64,000 nucleotides of DNA, from contig OY970173.1 of NCBI GenBank assembly GCA_963707635.1, positions 1,152,001 to 1,216,000 of the forward strand. Direction: 5' to 3'. The stretch comes from Candidatus Latescibacterota bacterium (lineage in GTDB: Bacteria > Krumholzibacteriota > Krumholzibacteriia > WVZY01 > JAKEHA01). The translations under genes were made by a program, and so were the position numbers. The stretch's first letter is position 1. The number at the start of each line of letters is the position of its first letter. Shown here piece after piece: positions 28,919-38,672 of the stretch. The notes under the pieces were generated by a model, which searched no databases, was not told the origin of the DNA, and saw nothing but the letters and a program-made list of their open reading frames with translations.

Positions 28919-29773
28919 CTAGAACCGGAACACGACCCCCATCTCGGGCGCGAAGTCCGTCGCCTTCGACGTGAGTCCGATCCCCGCGTTCATCTTGAAG
29001 AACAACGCGTTCGAGACGTGCAGCTGCAGCTCGGGAATGAGTGACACCTCGTCGAACGTGCCCTCGACACCCGTATAGACCGTGAGCAGCGGTGACACGC
29101 GCTTGAGGTACTCGACCGCCATCTCGCCGACCTCGAGCTTGCTCTCCTCCGCGACGTACTCGACAGCGGCGCGCACCGTCGTCGTTCCCCACCTGAAGCC
29201 GCGCATCAACCCGGTGCCGAGCTTGAACTCCCAGTCGGTGGTCCCGATCAGTTGGCGATCCTTCTGGAGCGGGAAGACGACTTCGCCATAGCTGAAGAAG
29301 CCCGGCCGGGTTTCGGTTTCCTGCGCCCACAGCCAGCGTATCTGTCCCTCGACGTCGCCAAGGCCTGTTTCCGTGTATTCCTGCGGCATCGCCGTGGGAT
29401 CGTCGGGGGAACGCTCCAGTTCTGCGGAAATAAACGCGGCCTCGAACTCGACGGCGAGACTCCGCGTGAGCCCGTAGGAGAGGAAGATCAGGTACTCATC
29501 GGCCTCGTAGTCCCCGCGAAGATCCTGGTCGAGTCCATACCCGAACTCCTCGGGCGCGTACTCGGCATTGCCGTCGCGGTAGTGCTCGTAGAACGGATAG
29601 ACGAGCAGCTCGCCCGGCAGCACGTAGGTACCGAACATCGAAGTCGGAATCCCGGGACCGCGGTCCTTTAGAAAGTAGGGGAGGTCGGAGGAGTCGTCGT
29701 CCCAGGCGACGACCGTCGCGGGGCAGACGCCCGCGAGGATTACCATAAGCAGCAGGGTGAGAATCGGTCTCAT
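28919..29773 (-). CDS. Outer-membrane beta-barrel protein (MetA-pathway/transporter-like)
   Basis: Signal peptide, TGLGDVEGQIRW motif, alternating beta strands and a C-terminal GVVFRF (terminal Phe). Confidence 0.7.
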   Translation of the reverse strand: MRPILTLLLMVILAGVCPATVVAWDDDSSDLPYFLKDRGPGIPTSMFGTYVLPGELLVYPFYEHYRDGNAEYAPEEFGYGLDQDLRGDYEADEYLIFLSYGLTRSLAVEFEAAFISAELERSPDDPTAMPQEYTETGLGDVEGQIRWLWAQETETRPGFFSYGEVVFPLQKDRQLIGTTDWEFKLGTGLMRGFRWGTTTVRAAVEYVAEESKLEVGEMAVEYLKRVSPLLTVYTGVEGTFDEVSLIPELQLHVSNALFFKMNAGIGLTSKATDFAPEMGVVFRF

Positions 29774-29928
29774 TTCGATTACCCCTTTCGCCGTTGCGGG
29801 GCGGCGGTGCTGGCTGGCGTACGCGTAAGTATGCACTGAACGCGGTCTCCCGGTCCACCGGTTTTCCCTTGCCAGTGGGAGTTTCCGCGAATCTGGCTAC
29901 ACTAGAGATGGCCGTCCGGGAGGAAGAA

Positions 29929-30441
29929 ATGCCAACCATCGAAGTCTGGCTGCGGGGGCCGGTTCATGGGGTGCCGGAGACGCTCGTGCCGGTCGCGCAT
30001 GCGCTCCTGCAAGCGCGGGAGGACGTGGCGCGGGTAGCCACCGGCGTGCCGGATGCCGTGCTGTGGTCCCGGCCGGGAGGGGCAGCGTCGCCGGCCTTCC
30101 ACATGTTTCACATGGCCCACGCGCTCGACCGGTTGACGACCTACGCGCGCGGCGAGTCCCTGTCCGACCCGCAACGGGAGGCGCTCGCGATGGAGCGGTC
30201 GGGGGACGTCGACGACAACGCCGCCGAGCTGATTCATCTGGTCGAGACGACGATCGACTGGGCGATTCGCCAGCTGCGGTGCACGCCGGAATCCACACTC
30301 GCCAACGAGCGGCGGGTCGGCAAGGTGGGCGCGCCGTCGAGCGTGCTCGGGCTCCTGTTTCATGCGGCCGAACACACGACGCGTCACACGGGGCAGTTGA
30401 TCACCACGCTCAAGATCCTCCAAGGTGAGCCGAGGCGCTGA
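29929..30441 (+). CDS. DinB/YfiT family protein
   Basis: Motifs EVWLRGP, ASPAFHMFH and GLLFHAAEHTTRHTGQ. Confidence 0.88.
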   Translation: MPTIEVWLRGPVHGVPETLVPVAHALLQAREDVARVATGVPDAVLWSRPGGAASPAFHMFHMAHALDRLTTYARGESLSDPQREALAMERSGDVDDNAAELIHLVETTIDWAIRQLRCTPESTLANERRVGKVGAPSSVLGLLFHAAEHTTRHTGQLITTLKILQGEPRR

Positions 30442-30492
30442 AAGATCCACCACGCGAGTGGGTGGCGCCGACGGGCGCTCGCGCCTGCGCGC

Positions 30493-31044
30493 TCAGTCCT
30501 TTTTCTGGTGCTTCTTCCGCCACTGATACGGCTGTTCGAACGGTGGCTTCGGGCCGGCTTCGGCGGCTCGCAGGATTCGGTCGGCCAGATCCGGGAAGCC
30601 ATTGTCTCCGAAATGGCTCACGTTTTCGTACGCGAGCCCGCGCTCCAGGAGCTTCACACCCAGCAGCTCGCCATCGACAAAGACATGCGCAAGTCGGCGA
30701 TCGTAGATATCTCGGCCGTCCTTCGCCAGTTCGACGACCCGCGCGCGTGAGATCCACACCCGGGTCGACTCCGCCGCCTCGCGCCCGTAGGGCTGGTCTT
30801 CGAGGAACCCGGCCTCGGGATCGATGATCTCGGGGGTGTCGATTCCCAGCACGCGGATCGGTTTGCCGCCGACGTCGAAGGTATCCCCATCGACGAAGTC
30901 GATTTGGGCCACGTCGACCCGCACCGCGCCGCGGTAAGATCGTTCCTGCCCTGCCTTAGCGTCGCCACGCCGGCAACCGCCGGCCCCCGGCAGGGCCAAG
31001 ATGGCCAGCGCGACCAGGGCAAGTGTCCTTGCGGCTTTGCACAC
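30493..31044 (-). CDS. Thermonuclease (SNase) family exported protein
   Basis: Motifs VDGDTF, IRVLGIDTPE and DIYDRRLAHVFVDG, with an N-terminal signal/lipoprotein-like segment. Start uncertain. Confidence 0.88.
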   Translation of the reverse strand: MCKAARTLALVALAILALPGAGGCRRGDAKAGQERSYRGAVRVDVAQIDFVDGDTFDVGGKPIRVLGIDTPEIIDPEAGFLEDQPYGREAAESTRVWISRARVVELAKDGRDIYDRRLAHVFVDGELLGVKLLERGLAYENVSHFGDNGFPDLADRILRAAEAGPKPPFEQPYQWRKKHQKKD

Positions 31045-31089
31045 GGCTCCATTATACTGCAAGTGCCGCATCACATTGGGAGTACACAC

Positions 31090-32847
31090 ATGCCTCGTAA
31101 TGAGATAACCGTCCGCGTCGCGGGTGAAGGCGGCGAGGGCGTCATCAGCACGGCGGAGATCCTGACCCGGGCCGCGGTCGATTCGGGCCTGGACGTCTTT
31201 ACGTTCCGGTCCTACCCCGCCGAGATCAAGGGCGGCCTGGCGATGATGCAGGTCCGCATTGGCACCTCTGCGCTGTCGTCCATCGGACGCGACGCCGACG
31301 TGCTCATGGCCTTCAACCAGGAGGCGTTCGACGTGTGGGCGCCGCGCCTGGGTCCGGGCGGCGTCCTCCTCTACGATCCCAAGCACTGCATCGTCCCGGA
31401 CGATTTTCCCCACGCGCGCTTCGAGGTTCCCCTCCACGATACCGCGATGAAGGAGACGGGCGCGCGCATCGCCAAGAACATCGTGGCGCTGGCCTCGTTG
31501 ATCGGCACACTCGACATTCCCCCGCAGCACGCGCGGGACCTCATCGCCAAACAGTTCAAGCGCAAGGGTGACGAGGTGGTTGGTATCAACCTCAAGGCGT
31601 TCGACGCCGGGCTCTCGCTCTTAAACGGCGACGCGCGCCTCGCGTCGCTCAAGCTGGCGCGACCTCCGCTCGGCAAGAAAGCCGCCGGCCGCGTCGTCCT
31701 TTCCGGCAACCAGGCCTTGAGTCTGGGCGCCATCGCCGCCGGCTGCCGCTTCGTGGCCGGCTACCCGATCACGCCCGCGACCCAGGTGCTCGAGTTCATG
31801 ATGAAACACCTGCCCGCGTTCGGCGGGAACGTGATCCAGGCCGAAGACGAAATCGCCGCGATCGCGGCGTGTCTGGGAGCGTCGTACGCGGGAACGCGGT
31901 CGATGACCGCGACCTCCGGCCCGGGTCTGTGCCTGATGAGCGAGCTCATCGGCATGTCGTCGATGTCGGAGATACCGGTGGTCGTGGTCGACGTGATGCG
32001 AAGCGGCCCCGGCACGGGGATGCCGACCAAGACCGAACAGGCGGACTTGATGTACGCGATCCATGGCAGCGCGGGCGAGTCGCCGCGGATCGTGCTCGCG
32101 GCCACCAGCATCGAGGACTGTTTCTACCAGGCCGTGCGTGCGTTCAATCTCGCCGATCGCTTCCAGATGCCGGTGATCCTCTTGAGCGACCAGTCGATGG
32201 GGTATCGAACCATGACGATGTCGACACCCGACCTGGCGCACGTCCGTCACGACGAACGCGCGCAACCGGAGACGAACCGCGATAGCTATCGCCGCTTCGA
32301 GGACACGGCGTCCGGTGTTTCACCGATGCTGACGCCGGGGATGCCGGGCAGCACGTTCATCACCACCGGGCTCGAACACGATGAATCCGGAGAGGCGAAC
32401 TACACCCCGGAGAACCGAGCGCGCATGGTGGCGAAGCGGTTCCGCAAGCTCGAGACGCTTGCGAAGGAGCTGGTTGCCGAGGGAGACGGCATCTTCGACG
32501 CCGGAGACGGCGCGGAGGTGGGCGTCATCGGGTGGGGATCGACCGAGGGTCCGATCCTGGAAGCGATCGCGCAGCTGCGCGCCGAAGGCGCGAAGGTCGC
32601 GCAGTACCATCCCAAGGTACTCAACCCGGTGGCGGTTCCGGCGGTCGAAAAGTTCGTCGCGCCACTGAGGAAGGTCGTCGTGCTCGAGGAGAACCACACG
32701 GGTCAGTTCGCGCAACACCTGCGCGCGCACGTGGATTTCGGCGGGCGGGAGATCGTCAACGTGAATCAGTGTTCCGGGCTGCCGTTCACGCCCGACGAAG
32801 TGTACTCCGCGCTGGCGCCGCTCGTTCTGCGCGGCGCGCGCGTGTAA
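31090..32847 (+). CDS. korA: 2-oxoacid:ferredoxin oxidoreductase subunit alpha (gamma-alpha fusion)
   Basis: Motifs AGEGGEGV, YPAEIKGG, AGYPITPAT, QAEDEIAA, ATSGPG and GPGTGMPTKTEQAD. Confidence 0.92.
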   Translation: MPRNEITVRVAGEGGEGVISTAEILTRAAVDSGLDVFTFRSYPAEIKGGLAMMQVRIGTSALSSIGRDADVLMAFNQEAFDVWAPRLGPGGVLLYDPKHCIVPDDFPHARFEVPLHDTAMKETGARIAKNIVALASLIGTLDIPPQHARDLIAKQFKRKGDEVVGINLKAFDAGLSLLNGDARLASLKLARPPLGKKAAGRVVLSGNQALSLGAIAAGCRFVAGYPITPATQVLEFMMKHLPAFGGNVIQAEDEIAAIAACLGASYAGTRSMTATSGPGLCLMSELIGMSSMSEIPVVVVDVMRSGPGTGMPTKTEQADLMYAIHGSAGESPRIVLAATSIEDCFYQAVRAFNLADRFQMPVILLSDQSMGYRTMTMSTPDLAHVRHDERAQPETNRDSYRRFEDTASGVSPMLTPGMPGSTFITTGLEHDESGEANYTPENRARMVAKRFRKLETLAKELVAEGDGIFDAGDGAEVGVIGWGSTEGPILEAIAQLRAEGAKVAQYHPKVLNPVAVPAVEKFVAPLRKVVVLEENHTGQFAQHLRAHVDFGGREIVNVNQCSGLPFTPDEVYSALAPLVLRGARV

Positions 32848-32859
32848 GGAGAAAACCAA

Positions 32860-33717
32860 ATGGCGGAACCGGTGGCGCTCAAGGCCAAAGACTACAAGAA
32901 CGACGTCGAACCCATCTGGTGCCCGGGCTGCGGGGACTACGGCGACCTGGCCGCGTTCACGCAGGCGCTGGCCGCGCTCCAGTTCGAGCCCAAGGACATC
33001 TGCATCGTCTCGGGCATCGGGTGCTCGGGACGATTCTCACACTTCATCAAGAGCTTCGCGTATCACACGGCGCACGGGCGCGCGTTGCCGACGGCGATCG
33101 GCGTCAAGGCGGCGAACCCCAACCTCCACGTATTCGTGGTGGGCGGAGACGGCGACGGCCTCTCGATCGGCGGGGGACACCTCCCGCACGCCGCGCGGCG
33201 CAACCCGGACCTCACGTACATGATTCTGGACAACGCGGTCTACGGGCTCACGAAGGGCCAGACGTCGCCGACGTCGCCGTTCGGGATGGTCACCGGCACG
33301 ACCCCGTTCGGTCTGGAGGACCCGCCGCTCGACCCGCTGCGGATGTTCCTCTCGTACGGGATCAGTTTCGTGGCGCGCGGGTTCTCGTCGGATGTGAAGG
33401 GAACCGCGCGAATGGTGCAGGCGGCGGTGGATCACAAGGGATTCTCGCTCGTGCAGCTGATCTCGCCGTGTCCCACGTTCAACCAGATCATCACCTTCGA
33501 CTTCATGAAGGAGCGCGTCGTCCCGATCCCCGAGACCCACGATCCCACCGACCTGGACGCGGCGTTTCGCCTCGCGCTCGACAAGGAGCACTTCTACACC
33601 GGGGTTTTCTACCGCAACCCGGGGTTGGCGACGATGGAGCAGAAGCTCGACCACCAGCGCAAGCTCACGATGGACAAGCAGGCGCGGACGCTGGAGACGC
33701 TCTTCGCCCAGTTCTAG
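32860..33717 (+). CDS. korB: 2-oxoacid:ferredoxin oxidoreductase subunit beta
   Basis: Motifs WCPGCGD, SGIGCS, HGRALP, GGDGD and NAVYGLTKGQTSPT. Confidence 0.92.
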   Translation: MAEPVALKAKDYKNDVEPIWCPGCGDYGDLAAFTQALAALQFEPKDICIVSGIGCSGRFSHFIKSFAYHTAHGRALPTAIGVKAANPNLHVFVVGGDGDGLSIGGGHLPHAARRNPDLTYMILDNAVYGLTKGQTSPTSPFGMVTGTTPFGLEDPPLDPLRMFLSYGISFVARGFSSDVKGTARMVQAAVDHKGFSLVQLISPCPTFNQIITFDFMKERVVPIPETHDPTDLDAAFRLALDKEHFYTGVFYRNPGLATMEQKLDHQRKLTMDKQARTLETLFAQF

Positions 33718-33833
33718 GCGGACGCGGGCGACTGCGGCCGGGGCACGTTTGCTTAACGCTGTGTGGCATATAGGAATACCACCGGGTGTCGAGTACCCAT
33801 CCAATCTAACCTGCCGCTTGGAAAAACCGCTCA

Positions 33834-33863
33834 TTGACTAAGCGATGCGACATGGAGTACACT
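33834..33863 (+). promoter_or_regulatory. Sigma70-type promoter heading a ~280-nt leader (module 1)
   Basis: TTGACT-18 nt-TACACT. Confidence 0.45.
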
Positions 33864-34146
33864 CTCCGTGTCATCGAAATTCCGCGTCCGACGTGTGCGA
33901 GTACCCGATGCGATCGGGCAGTTGGGGTGCACCTGAGACGTCTGTCTCAATTGTATAGCGGCAAAAGGCGAGCCGCAGCAGGGCAGATTCGACACGTAAG
34001 GCTGAACAACAGTCTCTCTGGCGCGCGAGTTCCCCCGCCATAAGTCCGGGCTTCATACGGGCTCTTCTCACCAGCGAGACTTCATGTACCGCGCTCGCGT
34101 TCGCGCGTGTGACATGTCCATTGACGAGACTATAAGGAGGAGGAGT

Positions 34147-34862
34147 ATGAAGGCTGTGATCTTGGTTCTTCTCTCCGTTTTGATCGCGGTTCCCGCGTTC
34201 GCGGGCGCACCGGTGAACGGCACCTACAAGTCCACCGACATCGGTGGTCTGATGCTGCCGGGCCGCTACAGCGAGTTGTGGTTCGGAGGCAAATTGGTGG
34301 TCAACAACACGCTCAACGAACAGTCGTGGGACGGCTCGACCCTCGGGCGCGCAGTGGCACTGGTACTGTCCGTGGATCTCCGTCCCACCGGTCTTGCTGG
34401 TCAGCACCGTGAACGTGCGCCGGCAACGGCCAGAAGATCTGGAAAGTGACCTACGTCGGAGGCTATTGCTGGCTGAACGGTCCGGGTGCGCCCTGGGACG
34501 GCGGCGACGCCGCGTACACGGCCACTATCAACACCTGGAATGCGACTGTGACCGAGACGTACTCGGGCTTCGTCGAGGTAGGAACGGTCCGCAACCATAC
34601 CGCGAGCGCCACCTTCGTGGGCTACAACACCAAGTGCATGAACCTCGCCGTGTCGAACATCGAGAAGCAGGGCGATACCAACGGCGGCCCGCTGCCGTCG
34701 AATTACCCCGACTTCTGGAATTGGATCGGCTGCAGCGACGTCGGCACCGCCGGACCCGGCGAGTGGGGCGACATCGACAGCATCACGTTCACGATCAAGG
34801 GTTGCGAGACCGTGAGCACCGAATCGACTTCTTGGGGCGCCGTCAAGGCGCTGTATCGCTAG
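34147..34862 (+). CDS. Secreted hypothetical protein A1 with C-terminal SWGAVKALYR tag; two +1 frameshifts (~34346, ~34416)
   Basis: Closely similar to 36101..36814 (GTYKSTDIGG.MLPGRYSELWFGGKL...QWHWYCPWISVPPVLLV), but read across three frames. Strong RBS AAGGAGGAGG. Confidence 0.8.
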
Positions 34863-34928
34863 CAAGCATTCAACGCAGGCCGCGCGGGTGGTTCGATCCA
34901 TTCGAGCGACCGTAAGGAGGACGAAAGC

Positions 34929-35615
34929 ATGAGGAATGTGATCTTGGTTTCCATTCTGGCGGTGGTGCTTGCGATGGGTGCCGTGGCCGCGTTTGCCGCC
35001 CCGCCCGTCAACGGGACCTGGAAGTCGTCGGACGGCTGGTTCGACGAAGGGCGTGAGGCATCGTCGTGGCCCGGCGCGAACGGGTTCCTGTCGCCCGGCA
35101 ACGTGTTGCACGCCGAGTCCTGGGACGGTTCGGCCCTGGGCGGCGATTGGAAGATCCTGTGTCCGGTCGTTCAGGACACGCTTCTGATCTTCAGCACGGT
35201 GTCGGCGGGTACCGGGCACATGAGCTACCTGCTCACCTACAAGGGCGGAACGATCGAGCTCGGCGCCGGTCCGTGGGGCGGTCCCTTCACCGGTGTGATC
35301 GACACGTACTACGAGACGCGGTCAATTCAGTTCGTCGACGGAGTGATGGTCGGCTCGGTCAGCGACCATTCCGTCGATGCGCACATCGTCGGTTATCCGG
35401 CCAGCTGCGTGGCGTTCGGTATCGGGAACGGCGTGTGGCTCGGGAGCGGCGCATTGCCCGCGGGTTACCCGGACTACCGGGACGCCAGTTGCGTGGCCGG
35501 ACCGGCCAACGGTCACTATGGTGAGTTCCGTGACCTGACTCTGTCGGTTCAGGGGTGCGAAGTCTCCACGGAACGGTCGAGCTGGGGCGCGGTAAAGGCG
35601 CTGTACAAGAACTAG
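34929..35615 (+). CDS. Secreted hypothetical protein B1 with C-terminal SWGAVKALYKN tag
   Basis: Signal peptide, HAESWDGS.LG.DWKILCP motif and the ending GCEVSTERSSWGAVKALYKN*. Confidence 0.85.
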   Translation: MRNVILVSILAVVLAMGAVAAFAAPPVNGTWKSSDGWFDEGREASSWPGANGFLSPGNVLHAESWDGSALGGDWKILCPVVQDTLLIFSTVSAGTGHMSYLLTYKGGTIELGAGPWGGPFTGVIDTYYETRSIQFVDGVMVGSVSDHSVDAHIVGYPASCVAFGIGNGVWLGSGALPAGYPDYRDASCVAGPANGHYGEFRDLTLSVQGCEVSTERSSWGAVKALYKN

Positions 35616-35783
35616 ATTCGCGGCGCCCGCGGCCGTCAGAGTTGTTTGGAATGGGATCCTCAGCCCCCTTCGCGGGGGCGAGGGTCCTGTTTCGTTTGTG
35701 GCGTTTTGGGTCACCGCTCGACTCCAAGATGCGGGCCGTGCACCAGTTTTTTGCTCCTGCCGCCGTTTCCCACCAGCTGTAGA

Positions 35784-35812
35784 TTGATTTTCCGCCCGCT
35801 TCGGGATACAAT
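35784..35812 (+). promoter_or_regulatory. Sigma70-type promoter heading a ~280-nt leader (module 2)
   Basis: TTGATT-17 nt-TACAAT. Confidence 0.5.
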
Positions 35813-36100
35813 ACCGTGCAATTGACACATTCGAGACGTCTCGCTCGCGCGAATTCCCCGGCGCAGTGAGGCGCAGACAGGGGGTGCACCGAGCGCACCT
35901 GGCCGCGAATGACGCGGCGAAGGGCGAGCCGCAGTTGGTTGTGCCTGACTGGGCAACGTGTCTATCTGGTCCAAGTTCCCACTGGCTTGTTTTTCCATTT
36001 TCCACCGGGCGCTTTCTCACCAGCCGGGCGACGAGCCGACGCGGTCCTATTGAACGGTGCACAAGGGCATTTGCGCACGATCGTGCAAGGAGGAAGCGTT

Positions 36101-36814
36101 ATGAAGTCTTTGATCTTGATTCTCATCTGCATCGCGATGGCGGTTCCCGCGCTGGCCGGACCGCCGGTGGATGGGACCTACAAATCCACCGACATCGGCG
36201 GGTCGATGCTGCCCGGCCGCTACAGCGAGCTGTGGTTCGGCGGCAAGCTGATGGTCAACAACACCCTCAACGAGCAGTCGTGGGACGGCTCGACCCTCGG
36301 AACCCAGTGGCACTGGTACTGCCCGTGGATCTCCGTCCCGCCGGTCCTGCTGGTCAACACGGTGAACGGCGCCGGTAACGGCCAGAAGACGTGGCGCGTC
36401 ACCTACACGGGCGGCTACTGCTGGCTCGACGGCGGGGGTCCGTGGGCCGGCGGCGACGTCACGTACGTGGCGGACATCACCGTCTGGATCGCGATCGTGA
36501 CCGAGACGTACTCGAACTTCGTCGAAGTGGGCACGGTTCGTAACCACAATGCCCAGGCACAGTTCACGGACTACGACAAGAAGTGCATGGACCTCTCGAT
36601 CAGCAACGTGGAGAAGCGCGGCGATACCGACGGCGGACCGCTGCCGGCGAACTACCCGGACTTCTGGAGCTGGTTCGGGTGCAGCGACGTCGGCACGGCG
36701 GGACCCGGCGAGTGGGGCGACGTCGACAGCATCACGTTTACCATCCGCGGTTGCGGCGGCGTCAGCACGGAAACAATGACCTGGGGCGCAGTCAAGGCGC
36801 TCTACCGCGACTAG
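36101..36814 (+). CDS. Secreted hypothetical protein A2 with C-terminal TWGAVKALYRD tag
   Basis: RBS AAGGAGG, signal peptide MKSLILILICIAMAVPALA; paralogue of A1. Confidence 0.85.
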   Translation: MKSLILILICIAMAVPALAGPPVDGTYKSTDIGGSMLPGRYSELWFGGKLMVNNTLNEQSWDGSTLGTQWHWYCPWISVPPVLLVNTVNGAGNGQKTWRVTYTGGYCWLDGGGPWAGGDVTYVADITVWIAIVTETYSNFVEVGTVRNHNAQAQFTDYDKKCMDLSISNVEKRGDTDGGPLPANYPDFWSWFGCSDVGTAGPGEWGDVDSITFTIRGCGGVSTETMTWGAVKALYRD

Positions 36815-36937
36815 TCCAGAGACGTTTTGCCTCCGGGACACGCAACCGTTGTCCGGGCATCCGAGAGTCGTTCCTGGAGTGGTCGGGTGGAACTGGCGCC
36901 GATGCCGGCGCCTGTATGAACCAGGGAGGGTAAGGGC

Positions 36938-37631
36938 ATGAGGAATTCGAAATTGGTGCTGATAATGCTCGTCGTTCTGGCGGCCACGGCGACGGCCGCG
37001 CTGGCGGGCGCGCCGATCGACGGCGTCTACAAGTCGTCGAACGGTGATTTCAATGAGGGTCGCGAGGGATCGTGGTGGGGCGGCGGGAGACTTCCTCGAT
37101 CTAGGCAACGTGCTACACGCGGAATCGTGGGATGGATCGACACTCGGGACCGACTGGAAGATCCTGTGTCCAGAGGTCGTCAGGGTCACGTTGATCGTCG
37201 ACTTGACGTTCGGCGGAACCGGCCAGAAGATCTACCAGTTGGACTACAGGGGCGGCTATCTCGAGTTGAGTGGCGGCGGCCCGTGGGGCAATGGCGATGC
37301 CGTGTATACCAACGTGATCGACACCTACTACGAGTTTCGAACGATTCAGTACGAAGCCGGAGTCAAGATCGGTTCGGTGAGCGACCATTCGGTGACCGCG
37401 CACTCAACTTTTACGGAGAAGTGCTTTACCTGGGGTATCGGCAACGGGGTCTGGCTCGGCGAGAGCGGTCCTGCGCCGAGCGGTTACCCGGAGTACGAGA
37501 TCGGAGCTGCCATGGGGGCTCTGAAGGCCGGTCACTGGGGCGATATTCGGGACCTGACGCTCACGATCGAAGGCTGCACTGTCTCGACCGAGCAATCCAG
37601 TTGGGGCGCCGTTAAGGCCATCTATCGGTAA
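36938..37631 (+). CDS. Secreted hypothetical protein B2 with C-terminal SWGAVKAIYR tag; frameshift near 37087
   Basis: N-terminus MRNSKLVLIML...GVYKSSNGDFNEGREGSWW joins DFLDLGNVLHAESWDGSTLG in the next frame. Paralogue of B1. Confidence 0.8.
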
Positions 37632-37648
37632 CGGGCGGTAGCGGCCGC

Positions 37649-37906
37649 CTAGCCGAAGTGACGAAAGATCCGCTCGCCCACCCGAACGGTCCACGCCTCG
37701 GGTAGCCGGCGGAAGGCGGCGGTGAACAGGCGGTACTTGAGCGAATCGCTTTTCACCACGCTCAAGCCTTCGCCGGGCGGATCGAAGTAGTAGGGAAGTT
37801 CCAGGCGGCTGGTTCCCCACCGCCCCTTGAACTCGTTCAATCCGGGGTTGTCGGCGGCCGTGCGGCCGAAATCGTACGCACGGTCGCCGGCGGCAACGGC
37901 GTCCTC
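37649..37906 (-). pseudogene. C-terminal remnant of a GNAT/FemAB-like gene
   Basis: EDAVAAGDRAYDFGRTAADNPGLNEFKGRWG...FRRLP...RVGERIFRHFG*. It has no start and abuts the stop codon of the methyltransferase at 37908. Confidence 0.75.
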
Positions 37907-37907
37907 G

Positions 37908-38609
37908 TTACTCCATATCCTCTACGTAGAACAAGTCACCCCCCACCTCTCTGCATGAGTTCTGCCTTCCGGTGCCCATCAGGGCCAACAGAGAGTGGGG
38001 ATATGGGAAGAAGTGGAGATGGAGATCGAAAGTGTGCTTGTAGGGTCTCTGCTTGGGGACGACAATAATCAGTCGCCGCCTGGTTACCCTTCGGAGCTCT
38101 TGAATACCCTGAAAGACATTCTGGATGTGCTCCAACGTATGCGTAGCGACGACCGTATCGAAGCAATCGTCTTCAAACGGCAGACGCTCCATGTTTGCTT
38201 CCCGCCAGTCAATCTCGGGGTGTTGATTCCTCAGCTGAGGATCGATCATGATGTCAACCGCGGTTACTCGCGACTGCTTGCTCATCTTCTTGGCGAGAAG
38301 TCCTCTACCGCTGCCGACCTCCAGTACCGTTTGCCCAACGAGATTTCTCAGAATCTCCTCGACGCATTGTGTATTCAGGTCAGTCTCTCTCTCGATGAGA
38401 ACTGGCTGGACCCGCTCGTAAACACCAAGAAACTCCTGCTCTGTCATTGCCATCGCCGTCTGTTTGAATCCGAGGAATGTCGGTGTCGTGGCTCCGAACA
38501 GAACCTTGAAGGGCGGAATGATAAACCACTTTGCATCCCGAATGATTGGTGGGATACAATTGTCCAGTAGAAAATGGATCTTTAGGGAGAGATTTCTGCT
38601 CAATTTCAT
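37908..38609 (-). CDS. Class I SAM-dependent methyltransferase
   Basis: Motifs VLEVGSGRG and LPFEDDCFDTVVATHTLEHI. Visibly lower GC than the flanks. Confidence 0.88.
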   Translation of the reverse strand: MKLSRNLSLKIHFLLDNCIPPIIRDAKWFIIPPFKVLFGATTPTFLGFKQTAMAMTEQEFLGVYERVQPVLIERETDLNTQCVEEILRNLVGQTVLEVGSGRGLLAKKMSKQSRVTAVDIMIDPQLRNQHPEIDWREANMERLPFEDDCFDTVVATHTLEHIQNVFQGIQELRRVTRRRLIIVVPKQRPYKHTFDLHLHFFPYPHSLLALMGTGRQNSCREVGGDLFYVEDME

Positions 38610-38672
38610 GGCGCTATCCTATCATCTCGAGTCTGTCGTTTCTAGGGTCACCGTGGAACTGACGAGCTTTCT

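Noticed and set aside
33924..33940. GGGGTGC..CTGAGA resembling the 5' part of a TPP riboswitch
   Set aside because: The downstream ACCC / ACCUGAU / UAAU / GCGUAGGGA elements are absent, the paralogous leader lacks UGAGA, and the downstream genes are unrelated to thiamine.
34885..34910. GGTTCGATCC resembling a tRNA T-arm
   Set aside because: No cloverleaf, anticodon arm or acceptor stem. It lies in a short spacer before an RBS.
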